Positions 1 through 9,841 of a stretch of 64,000 nt of DNA are shown one piece after another. How positions within the stretch are numbered: the first letter of the stretch is position 1; every line of letters begins with the position of its first letter. The notes below the pieces were generated by a model that ran no database searches, was not told the origin of the DNA, and was given only the letters and a program-made list of their open reading frames with translations. The position numbers and the translations under genes are program-made. Source of the stretch: Candidatus Fraserbacteria bacterium (GTDB lineage: Bacteria > Bipolaricaulota > Bipolaricaulia > RBG-16-55-9 > DRXL01); contig CAMTVK010000003.1 in the NCBI GenBank assembly GCA_947085185.1, positions 32,001 through 96,000 of the forward strand. The letters run 5' to 3'.

Positions 1-501
1 TTCTCCAAAGAGTTCTTTGGGCAGGGCCACGGGGCGTCCTGGGGACCCCTGATAGATGGGAAAACAGAGTTTCCGGGAGCCGAGAAAAGCCTCGACGACT
101 CGCGCGATGAGCTCTTTGGTCATCAAGGGCATATCGCCCAAGAGCACGACGGCCCCAGCAGAGTGCTTGGGCACGGCGGCCAGCCCACACTTGAGCGATT
201 CCGCCCGGCCCTGCCCCCACTGGGGATTCTTGAGCACGCGCAGCTTGGGGGAATCTTTGAGCTCTTCAAGGGCTTGGAGGGCTTTTTCGCACTCATATCC
301 CAAGACGAGGATCACCGGGTCGAGTGGGGCTTGTAAAGCTTCTTTGAGCGCGTGATAGAGCACGGCGTGCCCCCCCACAGGGAAGAGCAGCTTATTCTGT
401 CCGAAGCGACGGCTCGCTCCGGCAGCCAGCACAACCCCAGGCAGGGTCTCTTCTGAAGACCCTACGGGCTCTTTAAGATCCCACGCTTCTCCAAGATCCA
501 T
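1..501 (-). CDS. Nucleotidyltransferase family protein (MocA/MobA-like molybdopterin cofactor nucleotidyltransferase), 3' end outside window
   Basis: Not in the ORF track; translated by hand from ATG 501: ...LPGVVLAAGASRRFGQNKLL...NPQWGQGRAESLKCG...VLLGDMP...GRPV, with LAAGxSxRFGxNK and GDMP motifs of NTP_transf_3. Start uncertain. Confidence 0.8.
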   Translation of the reverse strand, partial: MDLGEAWDLKEPVGSSEETLPGVVLAAGASRRFGQNKLLFPVGGHAVLYHALKEALQAPLDPVILVLGYECEKALQALEELKDSPKLRVLKNPQWGQGRAESLKCGLAAVPKHSAGAVVLLGDMPLMTKELIARVVEAFLGSRKLCFPIYQGSPGRPVALPKELFGE

Positions 502-1586
502 AACCCGCTTCTCATATCGCTCCCTAATACATACTTTCCGAAGGGATAGACATCCCAAAAGCCGTCGAAGGGATGGGGGAAGCGCGACCGTCCCCCGTAG
601 GGGTCGAACGCCGCGACTTCTTTGGGCTCTTGGGGGTTGCTGTACTCGAAGACCCGAATCCCATTGGTGTAGTACGCGACGTACCCGAAGGCCCCGTCTA
701 TGACGACGTTATGGGGAATAGTGCCGTTGCCGTACTGCCCCAAAAATTTGATCTCTTGGGGATTGGAGATCTCGAAGATTCTGATGGGTTCGCCGGGGGC
801 TTCGTCGGCGGTGAAGACGAGTTTGCCGTCGGGGCTGGGCCAGATGTTATGGCTGGCTCCGCGCCCATAGACGTGATGGGCGATCAGTTTATAGCTGAGC
901 TGTTGGGGGTTATCTAAGTTCTCAAAGTCAATGATCCAGAAGCCCGTGTCCCAGGCAGCCGCATAGAGTCGGTTGCCGATGACCGTGACATCGTGGACGT
1001 TGGTGGGGGCTTTGTCCTCGAATTCGACGGGGCCGAAGCTGATGGGCTTAGTGGGGTCAGTCAAGTCCACCATGAAGAGTTCGCCCTGGCCGCGCCCGAT
1101 GGTGGGCAGGAAGCAGACTTTGCCGGCAACGAAGACGTTGTGCACTGTGCCATACTCGCTCGATTGCACGGTGCTGACGAGCTTAGGGTTCTTCCAGTCG
1201 CTGATGTCATAGATTAAGACCCTGCGGCGGTCGGCGGCGCGCACGAGCCCGCAGACCAGAAAATTCTCATAAAAATCTATATCGCGGCAGTCGCCGCGGA
1301 TCTCGCGGATATCAAGAGTGGCGATTTGAGGGTTTTGGGGATCGCTGAACTCCACAAGATGGATGAGCGATCCTGCGGCGACTCCGGCGAGGGTGTCGCG
1401 GGCCCACATGCCGGTGGCATGCCAGGGTTCTCCGTCGATGAGGCTAAGGGGCAGCTCGACCTGCTTAATTGGGACTAAGAGCGATTCACTCGACTGGGCG
1501 AGGGCGGGGCGTGTTCTGCCAGCAAGCAAGAGGGCTCCCAGGCCCAGGCGCAGGAACGTGCGGCGTGTCAGGCTGTGTTTGGCCAT
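462..1586 (-). CDS. Tat-exported LVIVD-repeat beta-propeller protein (choice-of-anchor B-like)
   Basis: MAKHSLTRRTFL twin-arginine signal with GGAGG RBS before ATG 1586; repeated HNV/HDV/HNIW blades and YxxGIRVF, FWDVYP motifs. Confidence 0.75.
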   Translation of the reverse strand: MAKHSLTRRTFLRLGLGALLLAGRTRPALAQSSESLLVPIKQVELPLSLIDGEPWHATGMWARDTLAGVAAGSLIHLVEFSDPQNPQIATLDIREIRGDCRDIDFYENFLVCGLVRAADRRRVLIYDISDWKNPKLVSTVQSSEYGTVHNVFVAGKVCFLPTIGRGQGELFMVDLTDPTKPISFGPVEFEDKAPTNVHDVTVIGNRLYAAAWDTGFWIIDFENLDNPQQLSYKLIAHHVYGRGASHNIWPSPDGKLVFTADEAPGEPIRIFEISNPQEIKFLGQYGNGTIPHNVVIDGAFGYVAYYTNGIRVFEYSNPQEPKEVAAFDPYGGRSRFPHPFDGFWDVYPFGKYVLGSDMRSGLWILEKRGILKSP

Positions 1587-1661
1587 GCGGTCCTCCTTTG
1601 AAGTATAGACAAAGAGTGTGCCCATTGTATCTGGAGTGGGGGTAGGGGTGCAAGAGGGGTC

Positions 1662-1691
1662 TTGACAGCGATGGGCTTCTTATGCTAAGAT
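1662..1691 (+). promoter_or_regulatory. Sigma70-type promoter for the 1875 gene
   Basis: TTGACA (1662-1667), 18 nt, TAAGAT (1686-1691) with TG extended -10. Confidence 0.55.
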
Positions 1692-1874
1692 TTTCTTACA
1701 CAGGAGCGCATGAGACCTTAAAAATGTCTCTGGGCCGAAGGGCACAAAACGCACAAAAAGGGTCCTGCGCCAACGGGGTTCTGTTCTAGAAGCAAAGGAG
1801 GTGGGAATCGAGGACTGAAGCTCATCTCACAATCGCACACTCAATCTTTCAACTCTCGCGCGAGGTGATCAACA

Positions 1875-3074
1875 GTGAAGTCGTTGAAGTGGTGTAGCAT
1901 TGCGGTCATTGTAGCACTCTTAGCTGTGTGGGGTAGCCAGGCGCAAGATTGGAACATTCGGTCAGTGGCTCAAGGGCCCGATGCTGCCAAGAAGCGGGTC
2001 GTGGAACCGGACGTAGCCGTGGCGCCTGGTGGTAGAGTCTATGTCAGCTATATCGATCAACAGGCGAATGCCATCAAGCTCCTTCAGGTTGGAGGAGCAA
2101 CAGCCGAGCTAGTGCGTGAGAACCGCGTAGTCGGGACGACGGTCGCAGCTACAGATACGCTTGTGTGCGTCTCCTGGGAAGAGCTCAGCGACGTCCACGA
2201 GGTCTGGCAGGCGTGCTGGAACGCTGATCTTTCACTAGTTGTTGAGCCCTGGCGCTTGTCCACTGAAGGGATTATCGCAGGCCAGGCTAACGGGGCTGGC
2301 TGGGAGGAGTTCGGGGTCAACTTCGATAACACCTTCGCCCCCGATGGCACGCTCTATGCCATCTGGTCTGAGGATTACGCCAAGCTTGTAGCTGGCAAGT
2401 ACAAGGACGGGGCTGTGAGCGCTTGCGGAGAATTCCCGCCTGTGCCCATCCCGGATGCTCCCATCCGCTATCCCACAATCTACGTCGACAGTGCTGGTGG
2501 GGTTTGGGTGGCAAGTGCCGATGTCTCGTATCCTCCAGGACCGAACATCTGGGTCTGGTACTCTGATGATCAGTGTGCCAGCTGGAAGGGCCCCGTGGAT
2601 GTTACCCCAACTGGCCTCTACAGTGATGGTGCGGGGATCGTCCGCCTTGGCGATAAGATCTATATTGTGCTCGATGACGATGCGGGTGCTGCTCCGCAAA
2701 CCGCAGACATCCACGTCTACACCTGTGATGCCACACCCGCTGGCGTGGCCAACTGTGTGCGCAGTGTCGTCTACCAAAGAGGCGGCTTCCCGCACATCGC
2801 CACCGATGGCAAGGGGCTGTACGTTACCTCCAACGATAATGATGTGCGTGAGGTGCAGTTCGCCTACTCCTGCGATGCGGGAGTCAGTTGGACGCCGGCG
2901 CATATCCCCAACAAGTGGAATCTTGGCTACAGGGACCCGGACTTCGGAGCCGTGCTCTCGCGCGTCCGAGTAGCGACGAGCGCAGGATCGGACAGCGTCT
3001 ATGTAGTGTGGTTCTGGCGCGCTGAGGGCAGGAGCAACATCATGCTCGCCTCGCGGCCCAAGCCCTGCCAATAG
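1875..3074 (+). CDS. Secreted Asp-box/BNR-repeat beta-propeller protein (sialidase-like fold)
   Basis: Sec signal ending AQA; Asp-box-like YSDDQCASW and YSCDAGVSW; GAGGTG RBS. Confidence 0.65.
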   Translation: MKSLKWCSIAVIVALLAVWGSQAQDWNIRSVAQGPDAAKKRVVEPDVAVAPGGRVYVSYIDQQANAIKLLQVGGATAELVRENRVVGTTVAATDTLVCVSWEELSDVHEVWQACWNADLSLVVEPWRLSTEGIIAGQANGAGWEEFGVNFDNTFAPDGTLYAIWSEDYAKLVAGKYKDGAVSACGEFPPVPIPDAPIRYPTIYVDSAGGVWVASADVSYPPGPNIWVWYSDDQCASWKGPVDVTPTGLYSDGAGIVRLGDKIYIVLDDDAGAAPQTADIHVYTCDATPAGVANCVRSVVYQRGGFPHIATDGKGLYVTSNDNDVREVQFAYSCDAGVSWTPAHIPNKWNLGYRDPDFGAVLSRVRVATSAGSDSVYVVWFWRAEGRSNIMLASRPKPCQ

Positions 3075-3093
3075 ACCAAAGCTTATGACGGCT

Positions 3094-3130
3094 GAGGGGC
3101 TAAGCTCACGAGGGCTTGGCCCCTCTTTTT
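3094..3130 (+). terminator. Intrinsic terminator
   Basis: GAGGGGCTAAGC...GCTTGGCCCCTC hairpin followed by TTTTT. Confidence 0.7.
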
Positions 3131-3152
3131 ATAATACGCAGCTCTCCGTGAT

Positions 3153-3419
3153 TCACGCACCCCGGCAGTCCCCCCCGCGCACCCATAAGTCAATGATCGT
3201 GATCATAACTGAGTCGCTAATGGGCTGCGGTATATCCGGCCCAACACGGCTCTGCGCGATCCATAAATCTAACGCGATCACGATCTCCTGATCGTCAATG
3301 AAGTGATCAGGGACGTTGAGCTTGGCGATCAAGCACGGGATGGTGCGCGCCTCTTCAGCCGCTCCCATAAGCCCAGCAAGCACCAGAAGAAACACACTGA
3401 CCCTACAGATACTACGCAT
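3153..3419 (-). CDS. Small secreted protein consisting of one dockerin-like helical module
   Basis: Signal peptide MRSICRVSVFLLVLAGLMGA; duplicated motif IDDQEIVIALDLW / ISDSVMITIIDLW, similar to modules in the 7937 and 9842 proteins. Confidence 0.55.
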   Translation of the reverse strand: MRSICRVSVFLLVLAGLMGAAEEARTIPCLIAKLNVPDHFIDDQEIVIALDLWIAQSRVGPDIPQPISDSVMITIIDLWVRGGDCRGA

Positions 3420-4683
3420 ATAACCCCCGCGCGCGTGCCGCTGTGGCCACACGGTCCACCGCGACCATATACGCTGCTGTCCTCAGATCGATCTTCTCTC
3501 TCTGAGCCATCTCCCAGACGCGATTGAACGCATTGACCATGAAGCGTCGCAGGCGCCTGTCCACCCTCTCCGCACTCCAGAAATAGAACGCCCGATCTTG
3601 CACCCACTCGAAATACGAGACCGTCACCCCACCGGAGTTCGCCAAAATGTCCGGCACAACAACAATACCCCGGTCGTGCAGGATACGGTCGGCCTCGAGG
3701 GTCGTGGGGCCGTTGGCGAGCTCGATCACTATCTGAGCGCGAATCTTCTGAGCGTTGGCTGTCGTAATTTGATTCTCGATCGCTGCAGGAACTAAGATAT
3801 CGCAGTCGAGCTCGAGCAGCTCTTGATTGGTGATGGGCTCGGTATCTCTGAATCGCACCACAGAACCGGTCCTGCGCTCGTGTTCTTTGAGGGCGACAGG
3901 GTCAATGCCGTGGGGGTTATAGACGCCGCCCTTGGCGTCACTGACGGCAATAATTTTTGCGCCGCCTTCGGCACAGAAGCGCGCCATGCTTGAGCCGACG
4001 TTGCCAAACCCTTGAATAGCGACGCGTGTCCCTTCAAGCTTCATATTGAGACGCTTGAGGGTCTCTTGGAGCACAAAGTAGCCGCCTCGTCCGGTGGCGG
4101 TGTCGCGCCCTTCGGATCCCCCTAAGACTTTAGGCTTTCCCGTCACCAGGCCGGGCATGAACATGCTGTTATGATGCATACTGATCGTATCAACGAACCA
4201 GGCCATCTCGCGCTCGCCGGTGAAGACATCTGGGGCAGGGATGTCTATATCCGGCCCGATGATGGGAGCGATCTCGGCCGCATACCGCCGGGTGATGCGC
4301 TCCAGCTCCCCTGGAGAGAGCTCCAACGGATTACAGCGCACGCCCCCCTTGGCCCCACCAAAGGGGATCTGTGCGACCGCGCACTTCCATGTCATCAGAA
4401 TCGCGAGCGCTTCGACTTCTTCGAGCGTGACGTCCGGGTGATAGCGAATCCCGCCCTTGGCTGGTCCCAAGACCAAGTGATGCTGGACGCGAAAGCCCTC
4501 AAAGTGCTGGACGCTCCCATCGTCCATGACCACGGGAAAGACGACGATGAGCTTGCGCTTGGGATGGCGCAAGAGAATCCGCAACGGCTTTTCCAACTTC
4601 AGGCGGTCCGCAGCCTCATCAAAAAAGTGATGGGCCATCTCCAACATGCCCATCTCCGAGCGACGCTTGAGTTCTTCAGACAT
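3412..4683 (-). CDS. gdhA: Glutamate dehydrogenase (Glu/Leu/Phe/Val dehydrogenase family)
   Basis: KGGIRYHP, FGGAKGG, DIPAPDV, GFGNVG, ANGPTT, NSGGVTVSYFEW motifs. Confidence 0.93.
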   Translation of the reverse strand: MSEELKRRSEMGMLEMAHHFFDEAADRLKLEKPLRILLRHPKRKLIVVFPVVMDDGSVQHFEGFRVQHHLVLGPAKGGIRYHPDVTLEEVEALAILMTWKCAVAQIPFGGAKGGVRCNPLELSPGELERITRRYAAEIAPIIGPDIDIPAPDVFTGEREMAWFVDTISMHHNSMFMPGLVTGKPKVLGGSEGRDTATGRGGYFVLQETLKRLNMKLEGTRVAIQGFGNVGSSMARFCAEGGAKIIAVSDAKGGVYNPHGIDPVALKEHERRTGSVVRFRDTEPITNQELLELDCDILVPAAIENQITTANAQKIRAQIVIELANGPTTLEADRILHDRGIVVVPDILANSGGVTVSYFEWVQDRAFYFWSAERVDRRLRRFMVNAFNRVWEMAQREKIDLRTAAYMVAVDRVATAARARGLYA

Positions 4684-4684
4684 A

Positions 4685-7090
4685 TTAGTTCTTTTCTTCC
4701 TCCTCTTTTTCGGTTAAGTTTCTGTGGATCTCTTGCAATCGCGCTTCGACGCGCGCGTAGATCGTCCCTTCTGGGAACTTCCCATCAGGGCCGCGCTCAC
4801 CTGCCGCAAGCCCTGTGAGCACCTCCAACCCTTCTTCGACAGTCCGGATCGCATAGATATGAAATCTCTTCTCACGGACGGCGTCAATGATCTCCTGACG
4901 CAGCATGAGATTGTCTCTGTTCTGTTCGGGAATGATGACCCCCTGCTCGCCGGTCAGCCCGTGAACTTTACAGATCTTAAAGAACCCGTCAATCTTCTCG
5001 TTGACGCTCCCGATGGGCTGGATCTCGCCCTTCTGGTTGACCGAACCGGTGACAGCTATCCCTTGTTTGAGGGGAACCCCAGCTAATGCCGAGATGAGCG
5101 CATACAGTTCTGTGATGGAAGCGGAATCCCCGTCGATCTTCGAATAGCTCTGCTCAAAGGTGATGCTCGCCGACAGGCTCAATGGGCGCGCGATCGCGAA
5201 TTTTTCGCCGAGCCAGCCCTTCAAGATCAAGACGCCCTTGCTATGGATCTTCCCAGAAAGGGCTGCTTCACGCTCGACGTTGAGCACGCCCTCTTTCCCA
5301 GTGAAGACATTCGCCGTGATGCGCGTGGGCCGCCCAAACGAAAAGTCGGTCAACTGTAATACGGAAAGCCCATTCACACATCCGACGCGCTCCCCGCGCG
5401 TGTCTACTAAGATATCCCCACGGGCGATGAGCTCATGGATCTTCTCTTCCATCAGATTATTGCGATAGTATTTCTCTGCGATGGCGCGTTCGACGTGCTC
5501 AGCCTTCACGAAGCGCGCTCCCTCGCGCTCGGCCCAGTAAGACGCCTCACGGACTATGGTCATTAAGTCGCTGAAGCGCGCCGAGAGCTTCTTTTGATCC
5601 CCGGTGAGCTCCGCGGCATACTCTGCCAAGCGTGCTAATGCGGACTTGTGAAAGTGCTTGAGCCCCGGTCGCTCCCTCACGCGCGCCGCCACAAACGGCC
5701 CCAATTGCTTGATAGAGCGCTCCTCCCAAGGGAGCTCGTCGTCGAAATCGGCCTTGACCGAGAAGAGCTTGGGAAAGTCCTCATCGAGTGCCTCTAACAG
5801 ATAATAGAGTTCTGGGCTGCCAATGAGAATGACCTTCACCGAGAGGGGCACCGGTTCGGGCTTGAGGCTCTCCGTCGTGGTAAACCCCATCATCGTCGCG
5901 GGGTCTTCGATCTGGATGCGCCCGCTGCGCAGCGCGATCTTGAGCGCCTCCCAACTGATCTCGTATTTTAAGAGATTATGGGCATTGAGCACTAAGTAGC
6001 CCCCGTTGGCTTGGTGCAGCGAGCCCGGCTTGATCATCGTGAAGTCAGCGGTCATGACGCCAAACTGAACTCTTCGCTCGATCTTGCCGAAGAGATTCGT
6101 ATACGTCGCATTCTCCTCCACCACGACCGGGGTCCCTTTGGTCTTGCTATGATCTACCAAGACATTCACTGTATAGCGTGTGAACAGATCGATCATGCCG
6201 GTGGGGAGGGGGACGCCTTCACCGTCTTGGTGGGACTGTGGAGAGGGTTCAGCGAATCTCTGAATATTTTCTAAGATATCAGTTTCGACGTCCTCGAGAA
6301 ACTCTAGCACGCGTGGGTGTTCACGGTAGCGGGCCTGCAGGCGCTGGATAAGGGGCTTGACGGTGTAGAGCGCAATATCTCGATCGAGTTCTTCGATAGC
6401 TTTGAGACGCTGCTCTTCGATGCCTTCGAGTTGGCTCATCGCTTCTTGGATGATCTCTTGGAGCTCTTCGCGGTGGCGCGCGATCTTGTGGCGTTCCCGC
6501 TCGGGAAGTTTTTCAAAGATCTCTTCGGTGAGGGGTTTGCCATCGAGCAGAGGGGTTGCTTGGAATCCCAAAGCCGACAGTTGGAAGAGGAAGCCGCGGC
6601 GCTGGGCCTCGTGTGCGACGGCGTTGGCGACTTTATTCCGCAGCTCGTTGAACTGCTCATCGAGGCTTTGGCGCTTCTTGCGGTACTCTTCGCTGTGATA
6701 GGCGGCGGGGATGCGCTCGCGCAGCTTCTCTATGAGATCTTTCATATCTGTAGCGAGCTTCCGCCCCATCCCGGGAGGCAAGAGAATATAGCGTGGGCAG
6801 TAGGGGTCATCGAAATTATGCACATAGCACACATCTTGCGGAGGAGGCTCTTTAAGACTGATCTTCTGAAGGAACGCTTGGACGATCGAGTTCTTCCCCG
6901 TGCCGGGGCTGCCGGCAACATAGATATTATAGCGAAAATCTTTGATGCCCAAGCCCAGCTCCAGGGCGCGCAGGGCGCGCTCTTGGCCGATCACATCATC
7001 GAGGGGCTTGCATTCGGCTGTGGTCTCAACCCCGAAGATCTCAGGGTCGCAGCGGCGGCGCAGCTCTTCCGGCTCGAGGCGATGTGCCAT
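4685..7090 (-). CDS. Lon-like (LonC/AAA_32 type) ATP-dependent protease, S16 family
   Basis: GQERA, Walker A GSPGTGK, PGSLHQANGGYL, catalytic DGDSAS Ser and IGSVNEKI Lys; likely start MAHRL at 7090. Confidence 0.88.
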   Translation of the reverse strand: MAHRLEPEELRRRCDPEIFGVETTAECKPLDDVIGQERALRALELGLGIKDFRYNIYVAGSPGTGKNSIVQAFLQKISLKEPPPQDVCYVHNFDDPYCPRYILLPPGMGRKLATDMKDLIEKLRERIPAAYHSEEYRKKRQSLDEQFNELRNKVANAVAHEAQRRGFLFQLSALGFQATPLLDGKPLTEEIFEKLPERERHKIARHREELQEIIQEAMSQLEGIEEQRLKAIEELDRDIALYTVKPLIQRLQARYREHPRVLEFLEDVETDILENIQRFAEPSPQSHQDGEGVPLPTGMIDLFTRYTVNVLVDHSKTKGTPVVVEENATYTNLFGKIERRVQFGVMTADFTMIKPGSLHQANGGYLVLNAHNLLKYEISWEALKIALRSGRIQIEDPATMMGFTTTESLKPEPVPLSVKVILIGSPELYYLLEALDEDFPKLFSVKADFDDELPWEERSIKQLGPFVAARVRERPGLKHFHKSALARLAEYAAELTGDQKKLSARFSDLMTIVREASYWAEREGARFVKAEHVERAIAEKYYRNNLMEEKIHELIARGDILVDTRGERVGCVNGLSVLQLTDFSFGRPTRITANVFTGKEGVLNVEREAALSGKIHSKGVLILKGWLGEKFAIARPLSLSASITFEQSYSKIDGDSASITELYALISALAGVPLKQGIAVTGSVNQKGEIQPIGSVNEKIDGFFKICKVHGLTGEQGVIIPEQNRDNLMLRQEIIDAVREKRFHIYAIRTVEEGLEVLTGLAAGERGPDGKFPEGTIYARVEARLQEIHRNLTEKEEEEKN

Positions 7091-7184
7091 CTTTGGTCTC
7101 CTTGCTCTGAATGCCTCCCCCTCCAAGGAGGAGATGAGGGTGAGGTCTTCTAGAATACAGAATAAAGCTCAGGGGAGCAAGGAG

Positions 7185-7901
7185 TCAGCGAGCGACTCTG
7201 ATCTCGCTGTCCCCAACGACGGAGACCGCCAGGCGCGGCGAAAAGCTCGTCACCAGCCCTTTCACAGAGAAGACATGAACTGGAGCATTGGACGGGACGA
7301 CCAGATCATAGACGACGGCTACAGTCTGCCCTGGGGAGAACCGTTGTGTCCACAGCCATTGGAGCTCAGATTTTTTTAAGATTGCTCCGCCGTTTTGGAC
7401 TTCTTTCATGGTCCAGGCTGGGGGAGGGTCTTCGTCGAGCCCAAGCCCGTTGACAATCTGATTGATGCGCAGTACTATAATGACTCGCACGGTCTGGCCA
7501 GGGGCGACGGAGCCGCTGGGGGGCAGGACGAACGAGCGTCGCACCATCACGGGCGCGTCTGTGACTTTGACGATCTTGCTGAGTGAGCCCGTGGCGCCGC
7601 GATTGTCGGTCACTCTCAAATTGATGCGCCACTCCCCGGCGCGCTCGAAGAGCCGCGTCGTTGTTGGCACTGTCTTGGCTTCGTCGAAGCGACCGTCGCC
7701 GTTGAAGTCCCATTCGTATTTTATTATAGCGCCGTCGGGATCTTTGGAAGCCGAGGCATCGAAGAGCACGACGGTATTCGTATCAGGATTTTGCGGGGTG
7801 AAGCGGAAATCGGCGCGGGGCGGAGTGTTGCTCTGTGCTTGTGCTCCTCCCCAAAGCCCCAGCGCTATGAACAGCATCAGCGTTGTGAGAGAGATTCTCA
7901 T
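7185..7901 (-). CDS. Secreted PKD-domain protein with C-terminal Ig-like (DUF11/cohesin-like) module
   Basis: Signal peptide; FDASASKDPDG...YEWDFNGDG...LRVTDNRG PKD; GLGLDEDPP...PGQTVAVVYDLVVP module; GGAGG RBS. Confidence 0.75.
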   Translation of the reverse strand: MRISLTTLMLFIALGLWGGAQAQSNTPPRADFRFTPQNPDTNTVVLFDASASKDPDGAIIKYEWDFNGDGRFDEAKTVPTTTRLFERAGEWRINLRVTDNRGATGSLSKIVKVTDAPVMVRRSFVLPPSGSVAPGQTVRVIIVLRINQIVNGLGLDEDPPPAWTMKEVQNGGAILKKSELQWLWTQRFSPGQTVAVVYDLVVPSNAPVHVFSVKGLVTSFSPRLAVSVVGDSEIRVAR

Positions 7902-7936
7902 CGCACAGACCTCCACGGGACAGTTCCAAACTCTGT

Positions 7937-9808
7937 TTACGGGAGCGGCCCGAAGACGGACGCCCCGGTCAGCCAATACGCTACGAGCGTCTGTAATATC
8001 TTGAGATCGATTTTACCAAAGACTACCTTGCCGTCAGCCTCTCGGTTCTTCACCGGTTTATCACCGAGCCAAAAGAACGAGACGGCCGATTGAATTTGCT
8101 CGAAGTTGATCGTCGTTGTCTCCAGCCAAAGATTGACCTTGGGGTTGGCGGCATCGCTGACGTCCATGCGCGCGAAGATCACGGGGAAGGGGAGTCTGGT
8201 GACGACTTTGATCTCCGCTTCGCCGGCGATGGCAAGCTCAAACGCCGGTGAGGCGCTGCTGATCGAACCGGAGAGCTTGACCACCCGCGGTGTCGGGTCT
8301 TTAGGAGGTTCAGGAATAGTCAGCTCATACTCGATGGTGCGCACGGTCCCTGGCTCGAGGACTTCCAAGAAGACCCAGAGCACTTCGCCTGGGAGTGGTC
8401 GTGCGGTGCCGCTCTCTGTGGAGACGAGGTTGAACGTGAGATCGTTAGGGAAGCGCTCAGTGACGACGAGGCCATTGATGCGATCCAGGGCCTGGATAGT
8501 GATCTTGACTCTGACGCGCTCGCCGTGAATAGTCTCGTCGTTGGGGAGGTTCGTATCAAGAGTTCGGGTAGCGATGGCTCGCGGGGTAAAGACTTTGACG
8601 GTCTTTGTTGCGCTCGCTCTTTCGCCGTCGGTGTCGGTGACGGTCAGAGTCACAGAATAGCTTCCGTCGGCGCTGTAGCGATGGACGGGGTTCTGTTCGC
8701 TTGAGCTTGTCCCGTCGCCAAAGTTCCACGCCCACGCGACGATCCCCACATCATCGGTCGAGCGATCTAGGAACGTGATGGGCTCATTGGCCTTGGGCTC
8801 AGCGGGCGTGAACTCAAAGCTCACCGTAGGTGGGCGGTTGCGATCCCGCGCGACAATAGACAGAGCAGCGACCGTGGGGGTGACGAGCCTCCCCCGCGCG
8901 TCCAAATAACTGAGGGTGGGCTTGATGAGCGCTGTTCCCGTCTGAGAGCTGGTCACGGTAAAGCTCGCTTCGAAGGTCTCCCCAGCGCTCAAGCCGTCGA
9001 GCTCCCACACGATCGTCGTCGTGGTATCGGGGTTCTTCGTGACGCGATTGGGGGCATTGAGCGTCGCGATCCCGTAGGTCAAGAACGCGGGCAGCACGAG
9101 CGTAATTCTTATCTGCCGCGCGACGACTCTCCTTCCCAACGCTTGAGCGATCTGTTGCGGGACGAGCTCACTGAACTGCTCGAAGAACTGTCCCTGGGTG
9201 AGCCGGGCCAGCTCGCGCAAGAGCGTCTTATCGGGGGTGCGCCCCGTCGCAATAGTGAAGATCGTCACGCCGCTCTCGGCAGATCGTTGGGCTTGCGACA
9301 GAGGAGTTCGCCCGACGTTGGCCCGCCCGTCGCTCACCAAGACCATGGCCCACGAAGCGTCTTCGCGCCCGTTTCTCTGCAGAGTCTCGAGGGCTGTGGC
9401 AATCCCTTCCCCCACGGCCGTCTTGCCCAAGGGGCGCAGGAGCTTCAGCCCTTGGCGGACAGCTTCATGATCGAACGTGAGCGGGACATCCACACGCGCG
9501 TCCGTCCCAAACGAGACAAGACCAACACGATCTGATGGCGACAGCGCCTCAACGATCGCCGTGCCGATCTTCTCCATCTCGCGAACGTTCACAGTCGCCG
9601 AGCGATCTATGACGAGAAAGAGATCTGTTGGGGCGCGCGCGCCGGGCTCGCCTGCCGAGAGCCGCACGGTGATCGTGCCCTCCTGGTTGACAAAGAGCGC
9701 CGTGGGGGAGATGCTCAGCTCCAGCTGCACCGGCGGCGCGGCGACTTGAGCCAGCCCAGTCAGTGCTCCAAGACCAAGCAGGCTCATCGCGCCGAGTATT
9801 CGTCTCAT
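7937..9808 (-). CDS. Secreted vWA + PKD + Ig-like + dockerin-like protein
   Basis: Signal peptide; vWA (LVIDRSAT, TAVGEGI, LVSDGRAN); PKD (WNFGDG); C-terminal helical module. Confidence 0.8.
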   Translation of the reverse strand: MRRILGAMSLLGLGALTGLAQVAAPPVQLELSISPTALFVNQEGTITVRLSAGEPGARAPTDLFLVIDRSATVNVREMEKIGTAIVEALSPSDRVGLVSFGTDARVDVPLTFDHEAVRQGLKLLRPLGKTAVGEGIATALETLQRNGREDASWAMVLVSDGRANVGRTPLSQAQRSAESGVTIFTIATGRTPDKTLLRELARLTQGQFFEQFSELVPQQIAQALGRRVVARQIRITLVLPAFLTYGIATLNAPNRVTKNPDTTTTIVWELDGLSAGETFEASFTVTSSQTGTALIKPTLSYLDARGRLVTPTVAALSIVARDRNRPPTVSFEFTPAEPKANEPITFLDRSTDDVGIVAWAWNFGDGTSSSEQNPVHRYSADGSYSVTLTVTDTDGERASATKTVKVFTPRAIATRTLDTNLPNDETIHGERVRVKITIQALDRINGLVVTERFPNDLTFNLVSTESGTARPLPGEVLWVFLEVLEPGTVRTIEYELTIPEPPKDPTPRVVKLSGSISSASPAFELAIAGEAEIKVVTRLPFPVIFARMDVSDAANPKVNLWLETTTINFEQIQSAVSFFWLGDKPVKNREADGKVVFGKIDLKILQTLVAYWLTGASVFGPLP

Positions 9809-9841
9809 CGTCCCGCTCCTTCTTGCATCCAAGCTCTGGGT

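Noticed and set aside
1692..1874. Riboswitch in the ~180-nt leader of the 1875 gene
   Set aside because: Only short hairpins and A-rich linkers; no recognisable aptamer consensus.
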